Below, piece after piece: positions 1 through 12,129 of a stretch of DNA of 49,861 bases. Position 1 is the first letter of the stretch. The number at the start of each line of letters is the position of its first letter. The DNA is from Chiloscyllium plagiosum (lineage: Eukaryota): assembly GCF_004010195.1 (NCBI RefSeq), contig NC_057752.1:9693350-9743210 (forward strand), read 5' to 3'. Under the pieces are notes generated by a model. It ran no database searches. It was not told where the DNA came from and worked only from the letters and a program-made list of their open reading frames with translations. The position numbers and the translations under genes were made by a program.

Positions 1-494
1 AGCACAACGTGGGTGATATCTTTGTGTCTGCTTCACCCGTGCAAAATCAAACCCCACAGTCCAGTTCTAGGTTCTGTCCGTGGATGGTACCTGAGAGGAT
101 TTTTGAGTTGAATAGTACAATAAGGTTGGAGACCTGACAGTAAAAGGTGGGAGTGATTTGAGAGGATGACAAATTCGGAGCGGGATGGATCATCAATTAA
201 AACATACTGGGTTAAATGGCACTTTTCCAAAAATGTTTTGCACCAGTACACCAAGTAACTTCAGTGACACTGCTGAGGACACATTTGAACTATCAAGTAA
301 GAGCCTGATGCCTAAGGCAGTTAACTATTGTGCAACCTGACTGATACAGTTTGTCATTTGGTGAAGAATGGCAATCACTTAAGGCTGAGTGTTGAACTCA
401 TGTAGGATTCCAACATTGCTACCAACCAGTGCCTGCAATCAACCCCTGCACCACCTCCAAACCTCAGTGCTACTCAAACCTGACAACGAAATTG

Positions 495-833
495 AATTAG
501 AATTAGAAGCCCTACAGTATGGAAACAGGCCCTTTGGCCCAACAAGTCCACACCAACTCTCCGAAGATAACCCATCCAGACCCATTGCCCTATTACTCTA
601 CATTTCCCCCTAACCTACACATCCCTAAACACAATGGGCAATTTAGCATGGCCAATTCACCCAACCTGCACATCTTTTGGATTGTGGGAGGAAACTGGAG
701 CACCCGGAGGAAACCAACGCAGACGTGGGGAGAATGTGCAAACTCCACACAGACAGTCACCCCGAGGCTGGAATTGAACCCTGGCCCCTGGCGCTGTGAG
801 GCGCAGTGCTAACCACAGAGCCACCATGCTGCC
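495..833 (-). mobile_element. HE1-type tRNA-derived V-SINE
   Basis: The minus strand begins GGCAGCATGGTGGCTCTGTGGTTAGCACTG (A-box) ... GGTTCAATTCC (B-box). It contains the V-SINE core GTGTGGAGTTTGCACATTCTCCCC...GGTTTCCTCCGGGTGCTCC and a CR1/HER1-like tail with TTCTAA repeats. Confidence 0.9.
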
Positions 834-1789
834 ATTCCTAGGGGACACCTCATACCAATGTCACCAGTGCCAATTCAGTGGCATAAAAAGGGGGGGGCGG
901 TTTAAATTGGCAGATTAACAGCCTCAGTTCCTTTCAGATGTTACAATCTCCCTTCTTTACTTAGTGACCAATACTGTACTTTGTTCTCACTGTCCCCCTC
1001 ACAGCATCTCCATTGTTATTGATTATATTTGTCTGTCAATAGATAATTCAACTTTCCCGTCCTAACGGACCAAATGCAAAGGGGATAAAGTGATGAATCA
1101 ATTATTTCCGAAGATCCACGTCAGAGCAAATGGAGACTCAGCCAGGGTCCCTGCTCCTGATCACAGGATGATATTCAAGGTAGAGGTACATCTGTGTGGC
1201 TTTTGGATCTTTGGTAACAACTTAGACCCTCCCCCCGAAAAGACCACTGGCACTTTTTGTTGAGGTTAACATGTAGTTGATGAATCAAAGGGTGACCAGT
1301 GCTGAGGGAACTATGCCCCCAAACAGACTCCAAGCCTCTGGGACAGGAAACAAGAGGAGGAGCAAAGTAACAAGAAAACCCTCCACCGACCTGTCTTTTC
1401 ATGCAGCTTAATAAGGGTAGTGATCACAATAGGGCCTCGGGTATTAATGCGATCATCATGCAGCAATGGGTTGTGAATAACTACAATTCACCAAGCCAAT
1501 TTCACACAGCTGGAAACACAGTATGTAATTTCCTAATCTATATTTTACCATAAATGATAATTACTCTACATAGTCTGTGGGAATCAAAAACTCCCAGAGC
1601 GATCACTAGCAAACTGACAGAACCACCAGTGTTTGCATGACTGGTTTGTCCCTTTCAAACACAAATATTTCCAATTATGCCTTAATATACCAGAACTATT
1701 CTGGGTTTCAAAGAATCTCACCTGGGATTTTCCTCAGGGGGCCAGGCATTCCTCGTTATTGAGGGCTTTAAAATATCCATTGTTGAGAT

Positions 1790-2400
1790 ATGGGCCTTGC
1801 TGGCAAGGCCAATATTTTTTGCTTGTCCTCCAACTGCCTTTAAGAAGGTGACATGAACCTGCCTGAATCCCTGCTGTCTATGCAGTGTAAGGGAGGAAGT
1901 TACAGGATTTTTTGACTCCGTAACAGAATTAGATTGCTATTTTTTTTCACTAAGTTGGGATGGTGTTGAGCAGTGGAAATTGCAGATAGCAGTGTTCCCA
2001 TGCCATCTTCAAAGTAATGAGGGTCATGAGTTTATGAGGTGCTGTCAAGCTGTGGCAAGTTGCTAAAGTGCATCCTGTAGGTGGCACACACTACAGCCAT
2101 GGTATGCTGGTGATGGAAGGAATGGATGATCTCCTAATCAAGCAAGTTGCTTTGTTCTGGATGGTGTCAAGCTTCTTGACTATGGTTGCAGCCAGGCAAG
2201 TACAGGGTTTTCTCTCACACTCCAGAGTCTTGCCTTGTTGGTATTGATCTTCAGCACTCCAGTCAGAATACTATTGGGAGCTGTAGTCTTTGCATTATTT
2301 CTTGACGTCACGTAGAGTGAACCTAATTGACTTAAAACCGTTAATGGTCTTGGAGGGGACCTCAAAAAAGGACCATACATTAGGCACTTCTGATTAAGAG
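1790..2400 (-). mobile_element. Degraded 3' part of CR1/L2-group LINE (family B)
   Basis: It resembles the reverse complement of the 3' region at 27250-27700 and 34585-34890 (e.g. GTGCATCCTGTAGGTGGCACACACT, TTGCTTTGTTCTGGATGGTGTCAAGCTTCTTGA). Confidence 0.6.
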
Positions 2401-5400
2401 TGATTACATGTACCCACATTCTAACACTAATCACTGGATAGCATCAGGAACAGGAACCCTCGTCCAAGAGCCCCCCGATCGGAGATTAGCGAACACACTG
2501 GGATTACACCTGCGATCTTCTGGTAGGCCCAGTGAGCAACAACCCATTTTGGAAGTTCAACTGCCTGCTAACACTGTAGCAATTCCCAACAGGTAGCATT
2601 GAGGGAGGGTTCAAGTTACATTTGCTTCTGCAGATGGGAACTGCAAAGCTTGATTTCGAAAGGCAAATGACACTAAACTGACATAGTTAGATGAACAATC
2701 AAGAAATCGACGTTCATAAAGGTGAAACTAAGGCTCCTTTATTCCACTGTTTATCGGAGAAAAGAAATGTACCTCTTTAAGCCACAAAGGAAGATATTAA
2801 AACAGGTGACCAAAGGCTTGATCAGTGTCAGTTTTGACCAATTACACTCCTGTGAAGTGCTTTGGGATTTTTTACTACATTAACAGTTTGATATAAATGC
2901 AAGTTGTGATTAGTTATATAACATACTCAGGACAAGAACAAAACTCTTAGCCCTTTCAAATAATGAAAAGTCTTATAACGTTTCTCCTTATGCCAGGTGA
3001 GGATTACTATAATTCTTGGATGCCTTGCCCAAATGGCCATTTTTCATGTTTGATCTATTTGAATATGAAATGCATTATAGCTGAGCCCAGCTTTGTCTTC
3101 AGCTGAATTCCACACAATCAATCAACAGCAATTTAGAGCACATACCACAGTTGGTTTTCTTCTCCCTAATCCTGAGATCGAAAAACAAATTGTAGCAACT
3201 CAATGATGTACTACCTAAGTTGGGTCAACACAGTCAATACGAAAGGTCAAAGAGAGGTTCACCTGGTCTGTGGTGCATTTACCCACTAAGCTCATAACAA
3301 TGAAGCAGACTTTCATTAACCCAATTTTCCTGTGACAGAAAACATGTTACTTAACTTACACCAGTAGATATATTTGAACAGTGCACTAACTCCAGATCTC
3401 CTTAGTGAATGGTCCTAACTGTTCAACACAACATACTCATTTGGTTCAGGAGTAAGGTCACTGGACTTGAAATATTTCTCTGTCCACAGATGCTGTCAGA
3501 TCTGCGGAGTCTCTCCAGCACTTTCTATTCTTATTATTCCCATTTGGTTTCTTACAACAATACTTGGTATTTAACCCTTCAAGTCTCTGTTTCAGAAAGA
3601 TTCACAGCCGAGACCATTCAGAGTCAAACGTGAGTATTTAAGTGAATTTGCTTATTTTCTGGCTTATGAAACCTTATTTCTTCATTCGTTCCTCTCCCAA
3701 ACTCATCAATTTCATAAGGTTACAGTTCCTTAGGAGTTTTGTTGTGAGCTGAACAGTTGCTTAAATAGCCATCCTTCATGCTTGAGCCTAGACTGGTGTC
3801 TTGAAGGCTATCTAATTGTAGACTGTATCACAGCAAACAAATTGTCATTGTAACTGGCCACAAGCAACATTCTCTCCCCTTACCCCCAAAACCCAGAGAC
3901 GCTGAAGACAATTCCACCAATCAGTTCATCTGGGCTCAACTAGGCAATAGAATATGGGCCTTTCTGGTTATGTGGCTCTGTTGCACACTTGGCAGTGCAC
4001 CAACTCACTGAGGTATCAGTGGGAGCAAAATATTTCCTTCTTCCCACCTTCTCCAAAAGATTTCAAGCTCCGATAAAACTATTCCTTTTCAGCTCAGAAA
4101 TGGTGGGGCAGTAACTGAGGAGGGGGCTGAAGTCTTCCATTCCAAGAAATCAAAACCAAACTAGCTAATGAATTCCCACTCAAATGAATGGAAATTCCTG
4201 CAATCCTTTCTGATAAAAGAATAAGTGACTGAAGTTCTGTCTTTCCTCTAAAAGGCTGTGTTGAGACAAAAAGCCAAAATGGTTTCCATTTAATTATGCA
4301 CTTCTTTTCAAAAAAACACTTTAAATATTAATTCTTCTTTCCCAGATAGGGCTAGACTGTCAGGAAAAGTCAATCCAAGGACAGTGGGGAATGCCAGCCC
4401 GGCTTCCAAATTTATAAAATAAATCTCTTTGACAGGGGAAACTGCATTTGTAGAAGGACTGTACTGTAATCCACACAATAAACAAACCAGTTAAAAATAT
4501 CCAATATAATTAATGTGCCCCTCTCCAGCCAGTGGAACCATATTAGATGGTTATTACACAAGACTAAAACGAGACATAAGATAGGGCGGGGGAGGTGCAC
4601 ACAATGAAGTGAACAACAGCACTGGGCCTGTAAGCAGAAGATGTCACAACAATAATGGAGGAAAGCAAAGAGCATCTGATGATTTGTCACATTTGCATCA
4701 ATAAAGTTTGATTCAAATCTTCACTTTATACTGCTTATGGAGGAAGTGGGGGGGTTGGGGTGAGGGAATACTGGGAGATGAGGACTTGAAAGAAAGATTT
4801 ACACCAGTTAGCCTTTCTTTCCGAGCCATATTTCAGAAGCGTGTTGTTATACACTCTACAGATTAATTTTCCACTTTGACAAAAACAATTCCTGGAACTT
4901 TAAAAAAAACATAAAGAAACTAAGTCCTGATTAAAGATTGTTCAGCTCGTTGTCTGTTGATTAGGAATACAATACAGTGGGATTTACTGAAACGCAGCTG
5001 AAGCAAAAAGCATGACAGATAATCTATTTGATTTTGCTCCGAGACTAAGAATCATGGTTCGTGTTTCACTGCAGCCATGATCATTCAAGGATAAAAACAG
5101 CAAGAGAGGAAATGAGTGGATCCCAACAAGCTGAGGTGTCCTCTGGGTCCTAAAACCTGTCAGATCAAGTCACCACACACACACTAACTGCTCAGATAAC
5201 AGAAACCACACACTGCTGTGAGCATTCCATACTGCATTTTTCTTAAAACAGGTTTAATCTTGATTCAGCAAAAACTCCAAATACTTCAACTGGTACTACT
5301 AACAAAAAAAAGGAGAATGCAGCTGGAACAGAGACAAAAACTGTGCATTTTCATCCCATTATAATATGTATTTATCAATTTAGAATTATTTTCTGTATAT

Positions 5401-5994
5401 TCTGTTCCAGCAATGGCTGCTTTCTTACAATCTGTTCTGTTTGCTTGGTTCAAGAGAGAATGCTGGATTGAGAACAGAACCAGGAATTGACCTTCATGGA
5501 CGTCTACATCAACAACCAGGATTTATAAAGCACCATTCACATAGTACAATATCTCAAGTTACTTCACAGAAGCATTATCAGGCAAAAATTGACACCAGGC
5601 AACATTAGGATTTATTGTTAGAGAGGGAAATTTTAAGGTAGGGTCTTAAAATAGGAGAGAGGGAGGGAGGTTTAAGGAAGGAATTCCAGATCACTGATAG
5701 CACCATGATTAAAATCATGGATATACCAGAGGCCAGAACTGGAGAAAAGCAGAGATCTCAGAGGATTGTGGAAGAAGGGCCACAGAGGAGTTTGAAAATC
5801 ACAATGTGAATTGTAAGATCAAAAGGACAAGACAAGGAGCTAAGTACGTCAGCAAGAACAGGGGTTCTAAAGCTTGGAGTACAAAGATCCTAATACTGCA
5901 GACAAGTGGGTACCACTGTTTTGTGAAGGGTCTCACAAAGTATGGGAAATTATCTGCAGATATAAAGCAGATGTTCATATTCCTTCCCCAAATG

Positions 5995-6785
5995 TCTTGT
6001 CAAGTTTAATTTAGATAAACGTGAGGTCCAATTTGGTAGGACAAATCAGGGTAGGACTTATACGCTTAATGGTAAGGTCCTGGGGAGTGTTGCCGAACAA
6101 AGAGACCTTGGAGTGCAGGTTCATAGCTCCTTGAAAACGGAGTTGTAGGTAGATGGGGTAACGAAGGAGGTGTTTGGTATGCTTGCCTTTATTGGTCAGT
6201 ACATTGAGTATAGGAGTTGGGAGGTCATGTTGTGGTTGTATAAGACATTGGTTAGGCCACTTTTAGAATGCTGCATTCAATTTTGGTCTCCTTGCTACAG
6301 GAAAGGTGTTGTGAAAGTTGAAAGGATTCAGAAAAGATTTGCAAGAAAGTTGCCGGGGTTGGAAGGTTTGAGCTATAGGGAGAGGCTGAATATACTGGAG
6401 TTATTTTCCCTGGAGCGGAGGAGGATGAGTGGTTTTAGAAATTTATAAAATCATGAGGGGCGTGGATAGGTGAATAGTCAAGGTCTTTTTCCCCAAGGTA
6501 GGGGAGTCCAAAACTAGAGGTCTGAGGTTTAAAGTGAGAGGGGAAAGATTTAAAGGGACCTAAGGGGCAACGTTTTCATGCAGAGAGTGGTCCGTGTATG
6601 GAATAAGCAGCCAGAGGAAGTGGTGGAGGTGGGTACAATTACAACATTTAAAAGGCATTTAGATGGGTACGTGAATAGGAAGCGTTTAGAAGGACATGGG
6701 CCAAATGCTGGCAAATGGGACTAGATTAATGTAGAATATCTGGTCGGTGTGGATGAGTTGGACCGAGGGGTCTGTTTCCGTGACT
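5995..6785 (+). mobile_element. CR1/HER1-type LINE, 3' fragment (ORF2 C-terminus and 3' UTR)
   Basis: Translation gives YKTLVRPLLECCIQFWSPCYRK...ERIQKRFARKLPGLEGLSYRERL, typical of the CR1 ORF2 C-terminus. The tail is GGGCCAAATGCTGGCAAATGGGACTAG...GGGTCTGTTTCCGTG. Confidence 0.9.
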
Positions 6786-7503
6786 AACCCAAATTTAGAA
6801 TGACATTTTTTGGATGGCTCAATTGTGAGATGGACTGCCTGATATCCATTTGAACCATGCCCACCAGGAAGATCTTGGCATTACAGTGGTGGGGGAGGGG
6901 CCTATGTCTGAATATTCCTGGAAGTTCCCCACCTGGAGTTTCCAAAACACAACACCCCTTAAATTACATAGCGGCTGGGAAGTGGAGGAGCCACTATGTT
7001 AGCTGTTTGCTTAGATTACTGATGTGTCTGACTGTGGGTAGTTTCATCCCACTTGCTGAAGACAGCCCTGAGATGACTCAGAATGTGACACATCCCAAAA
7101 CGGTTGATAATTAAGAGCACTACAGCACGACAAGCTGCATCACACCTACCACATACAAATCCAGTAATCCTGTCGGCACTTCCACTTAAAAATGCCCTCG
7201 AGAATACCTGTCAAAACTCAAACACTCAGACTCGGGGTAATGAAATCAGAATCAAGGCTCTGAACCTTGGCTGCTTTTTTTTTTAATCCTTTCCCTCCCC
7301 AGCCATGTTAAAGTGAAGCCAGGTTCAGCGTCTGCTGTGATTCTTCCAGCTTCATTGTGTACAGACTAGTGACTGAACCCGGAACCTTCCTGCTCACTAA
7401 GGATTTGGCCCAAGCATAGATGGATTTTTTTTTTCCCTTTTTATTCAAGTTGATTTTTGTCAAAAACAAAATCAGATTTCTGGCTGTGGTGACATCATGC
7501 TAA

Positions 7504-8003
7504 NNNNNNNNNNNNNNNNNNNNNNNNNNNNNNNNNNNNNNNNNNNNNNNNNNNNNNNNNNNNNNNNNNNNNNNNNNNNNNNNNNNNNNNNNNNNNNNNN
7601 NNNNNNNNNNNNNNNNNNNNNNNNNNNNNNNNNNNNNNNNNNNNNNNNNNNNNNNNNNNNNNNNNNNNNNNNNNNNNNNNNNNNNNNNNNNNNNNNNNNN
7701 NNNNNNNNNNNNNNNNNNNNNNNNNNNNNNNNNNNNNNNNNNNNNNNNNNNNNNNNNNNNNNNNNNNNNNNNNNNNNNNNNNNNNNNNNNNNNNNNNNNN
7801 NNNNNNNNNNNNNNNNNNNNNNNNNNNNNNNNNNNNNNNNNNNNNNNNNNNNNNNNNNNNNNNNNNNNNNNNNNNNNNNNNNNNNNNNNNNNNNNNNNNN
7901 NNNNNNNNNNNNNNNNNNNNNNNNNNNNNNNNNNNNNNNNNNNNNNNNNNNNNNNNNNNNNNNNNNNNNNNNNNNNNNNNNNNNNNNNNNNNNNNNNNNN
8001 NNN
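7504..8003. other. Assembly gap (500 N)
   Basis: Run of N. Confidence 1.
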
Positions 8004-8949
8004 TTAAATACAAAGACTTTTTAAAATACTAAACTTTGTTAAAACATTTAAAGTCATTCTTCCCAATGGAATAACTGGGTGAATTTATTGGTACAGTATT
8101 CGGACAATGAAAACAGAGTTGTCGGATCAATCCCAGGCAGGTTAGGTGACTGGAGGGGGTTCCACAATTGGCGACCAGGTTCCTAGGACACAGATGAGGA
8201 ACAATCAGCAGGTATCCAAGGACAGAATTATGTTTGGTTTGTATTAGATTGATGCATGTTGCAATTTAGAAAAAAAATTCACCATGAATACATCTTAATG
8301 TTAATACCACAGTTCGGACTCCTTTCATCATTTTTGGGTAAAAAACTTTGATGGAATTTCGGCAGGCTGCCCACACCTCCTATGAGCTGAAATTCATTTT
8401 TATTTACTGCTGCACAGTGCAGATCTAATGACTCATCACAGTTGTGATGAACTGCCTTCTGGAGAGGGTGTTGTATGCCCATTATGAAATTTGTATAATG
8501 GATGGCTACAGATCGAACTGCTGATCAAATGCACAATTAAAAGGAAAAGAAAAATACAGGAAAAATATTACAGAACACAGTACCAGTATAAGAGAAGTGT
8601 GGAAACAGTCTGCAAGATGTTCGGCTATCCGCCAGTACTTTGAATGCTGCTTTCAGTTTTATTTGCCACGGATCATTTTCTTCAGATGAATTAGATCAAC
8701 CTTATCTCATTCTATGGGATGAGATGTCACACAGGGGTCCATACTCTCTATATACCCAGAGATTAAGAACGTGGGACTGACTCGCATTCTTGTTAAAAGG
8801 CCACCAATATGAAACACTATCTCTGTTTATCTCTGCATAAGCACAGCCTGACCCGCTTCATATTTTTTGTTTTGCTTTCAGATTTCTGGTGTCAGCAGTG
8901 TTTTTGCTCTTGCATTTATATAAGGCGCGTGCAACGCTGGATATCCCAA

Positions 8950-9265
8950 AGTGACACCTAAGTATTTTCTGGAACTGTAATCATAGCACCAATCTGCACA
9001 CAGCAAGCTCTCACAAACAACAATGATCAGACCATCTATTTTAGTAAACTGAGTTGAGGAGGGAGAAATATTGGCTGAGGACATTGGGGAAACTCCCCTA
9101 CTCTTCAAATAGTGCCATGGCATCTTTTACATTCCCATTCGGGCAGATTAGACCCTGGTCCAAAAGATAGCACCTCCAACAGTGCAGCACTCCCTCAGTA
9201 CTGTATTGGATATTATGTTCAAATCTCCGAAGTGGGACTTCATGCCCCAACCTTCTAAATCAGAG
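8950..9265 (-). mobile_element. Deu-domain SINE (SacSINE1/AmnSINE-like), degraded
   Basis: The minus strand reads CAGTACTGAGGGAGTGCTGCACTGTTGGAGGTGCTATCTTT...ATGTAAAAGATGCCATGGCACTATTTGAAGAGTAGGGGAGTTTCCCC, matching the Deu-SINE central domain as I recall it. Confidence 0.75.
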
Positions 9266-9508
9266 GTCAAATTTCATGAACCAGCGCTGACATGCTTTGA
9301 ACACCTCGTTGGTCCCTAATACAGACCTATAAACTAGCAGCCTGACCTGGGACACGTATCCCTTTACTTTCCTTGAAAACCATTCTTTGAAGAAGTGAAA
9401 CAAGTGAATGTCAATAATCTTTACACCTTTGGTAGAGAGTGGAATACAGGCCGACAACAGTTGTATTTGTTTTGCTGAACTTCACCCTCATTCTACATGG
9501 CGGCTTAC

Positions 9509-9550
9509 CACGCTAATCAAACTCTCAGTTCTTAGAAAAGCCTGGAATGG
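9509..9550 (-). other. Candidate 42-nt exon of the minus-strand host gene
   Basis: Acceptor tgttgtttttattgtgcag| and donor GTG|gtaagc lie in non-repetitive sequence. The exon is open only in phase 0 (PFQAFLRTESLISV). No homology recognised. Confidence 0.3.
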
Positions 9551-9949
9551 CTGCACAATAAAAACAACATTGCTAGTAAGTAACTTAAGTTTTTAAATTG
9601 TAACTTCAGATCACACACACACTACCCTGAGCAGTGTGACAACACAATGTGTTCGTAAGACGTTTGATCTATTTCTGACACGACCCCACCTCCCTCCCCT
9701 TCGGCTCCCATTAACCACCCAACCACAAGAGACCTAACCATGTCAGTGTTTACAAGGAAATATGCAAAGCATGGGGCAGGTATTTCCCCAAAGAGAACCT
9801 ATCTGGGGGAGCCTGTATAAGAGGCTAGCAAGGCAGTGTGACATAGTATATGATAGAAACCCACGAGACAAAATCATTTGAAGTTTATAAGTTAACAGTC
9901 CAGAAGATGACATCAAGTATTGATCAGGAGGACATGCCATTACATGTCA

Positions 9950-10345
9950 GAGTCATAGAGACGTACAGCATGGAAACAGACCCTTCAGTCCAACTCGTCC
10001 ACACCGACTAGATATCCCAATCTAATCTAGTCCCGTTTGCCAGCATTTGGCCCATATCCCTCTCTACCCTTCCTATTCATATACACATCTAAATGCTGTA
10101 ATTGTACCAGCCTCCACCACTCCCTCTGGCAGCTCATTCTATACACGCACCACCCTCTGTGTGAAAAAGTTACCCCTCAGCACCCTTTTCTATCTTTCCC
10201 CTCTCACCCTAAACCTATGCCCTCTAGTTCTGGACTCCCCCACCCCAGGAAAGAGACTTTGTCGATTTATCCTATCCATGCCCCTCATGATTTTACAAAC
10301 CTCTATAAGGTCACCCCTCAGCCTCTCCCCCTAGCTCAAACCCTC
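9950..10345 (-). mobile_element. CR1/HER1-type LINE 3' end
   Basis: Reverse complement of the same 3' UTR and ORF2 end seen at 6420-6785 and 21150-21530. Confidence 0.9.
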
Positions 10346-10714
10346 CGACATTGGCGTGTGAAATCATCCGACCCAAGGCTTCATCAACAGTGTCTATGTT
10401 GTGGAGGCCAAAACAAAAATCAGTTGTAAAGTTTCATTTCTTAATGATGTCAGATCAGTTGGCCAATTGGAAATGTTTCATCGTTAACAAATTGTAACAC
10501 TTCCCTTTCCGAAATGGATGGCACACCAGATCCTCCCTCCCCAAGTATATGGCCAGGTTTGACCAGCCCCTTCAGTACACATCTCCATATTCAGGTTGGC
10601 ACAACCAATCGACTTTAAGTTAACTTAGCAACTTTCAGCATTTGGAGGCAACACAAACTAAATGAAATTCACCAAAGCAAATAGTTACTCAAAGCCTGAA
10701 TTTGGTTAGTTCAC

Positions 10715-11470
10715 CATAAGACCACAGATCATAAGATGTATGAGCAGAAATAAGTCATTCAGCACATGGAATCCAGTCAATCTGATCATGGCAAGGCTAA
10801 TAACCCTCAAATCCAATTCCCTGCCTTCTCTCCTTCATTCTCGAATTCATTAAAAATCTACTTATCGCCGCATTGAACATACATTAATCCCCAGCCTCGA
10901 CAGCCCTCTGTGGTAAAGAAGTCCACAGATTCACTACCTCTGAGAAGCAACTCTTTCCCATCTCTGTTCTAACTTGGTGACCCCTTACTCTAAGATTATA
11001 CCCTCTGGTCCCAGACACTCCCACAAGGGGAAACAGCCATTCTGCATCTCCCCTGTCAAGTCCCCGAAGAATCTTGTGTGTTTCAATAAAGGTGTCCTCT
11101 CACTCTTCTAAACTCCAATGAGTACAGGCCCAACCTACTCAACCCTTCCTCATTAAAAAACCCTCCATTATTGGGATCAACTCTGAACTTTCCCTGAACT
11201 GCCTGCAGTTTTCTGCAGACTTTCTCCATTTAAATAACATTCAGCTCCTCTGTTCTCCCTGCCAAAGTGCATAACCTCCTATTTCCCGACATTATACTCC
11301 ATTGGCCACATTTTTGCCCACTGACTCAACCTGCCTATATCCCTTTACAGACTCGTATCATCCTCACCATTTTCCTTTCCACCTATTTTCGTGTCATGTG
11401 CAAACTTGGCTATCATATATTCATTTTCCTTTTCCAAGTCATTAGTATATACTCTGATTAATTGTGGCCC
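10715..11470 (-). mobile_element. Older CR1 LINE 3' fragment with internal deletions
   Basis: CR1 tail signature (CATAAGA...GAGCAGAAATAAGTCATTCAGC). The ORF2-end sequence CTTCTAAACTCCAATGAGTACAGGCCCAACCTACTCAACC reads as LSRLGLYSLEFRR on the minus strand. Confidence 0.75.
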
Positions 11471-12129
11471 CAGCACTGTTCATCCCCAATTTATGCTGCA
11501 CTACCCCGTCGTCAGTTTATGCTGCGTTCCCCCATTGGGGGAATCCTCAGCTTGCAATATCATTCTTCTCTTCACTTCACCCTCCAGCATTCACACAGCT
11601 TGGACTCTCAACCCCGCTCCCCTTCCGTCTAGGTCCATACCCTTCGCTAATTTGTTCTTCATTGCTGCTGCAGGCTCGACGGCTACTGCTGCTTTAATCC
11701 TGGAATCAAATCTTGCTGCACTTTGCAGGCAGGCAAAGCTGCCTTTTCCTGTGGTTGGTGAAACACTCATCTGTTTGCTTAGACCTTGCCTCTGAAGGTC
11801 TGCTGGCGGAGAACCTTGTTGCTGGAAATCTGAAATGAAAGCAGAAAGTGTAGGAAATATTCAGCAGGTCCTGCAGCATTTGAGATACCAGGGAGAACCT
11901 TCCTGTTTTTTGTTGAAAACAAAAAGATTGCCCACCAATGATTTTAGGAAGCCATGTTAAGGTATGGAGAGAGAAAAGCAGAACTCATGTTTTGAGTCAA
12001 ATATAACTGAAGTTCTGAAGACTCCCATTTAACTCAAATTGTTAAATCTATTTTTCTTTCCACAAGTGCTGCCAGACCTGCTGAGCACTTTCAGAGTGTG
12101 CTGTTCTGTTCTTTTTACTACTTGCAGGC

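Noticed and set aside
2303..2310. Second CRE palindrome TGACGTCA
   Set aside because: It lies in a decayed LINE fragment with no promoter context; chance occurrence is likely.
3354..3420. Possible minus-strand exon (DHSLRRSGVSALFKYIYW|gtaagt)
   Set aside because: The acceptor is poor, it is adjacent to a degraded repeat, and there is no recognisable homology.
11391..11795. 134-aa ORF
   Set aside because: It starts in antisense CR1 sequence, and I see no domain, splice support or convincing frame on either strand.
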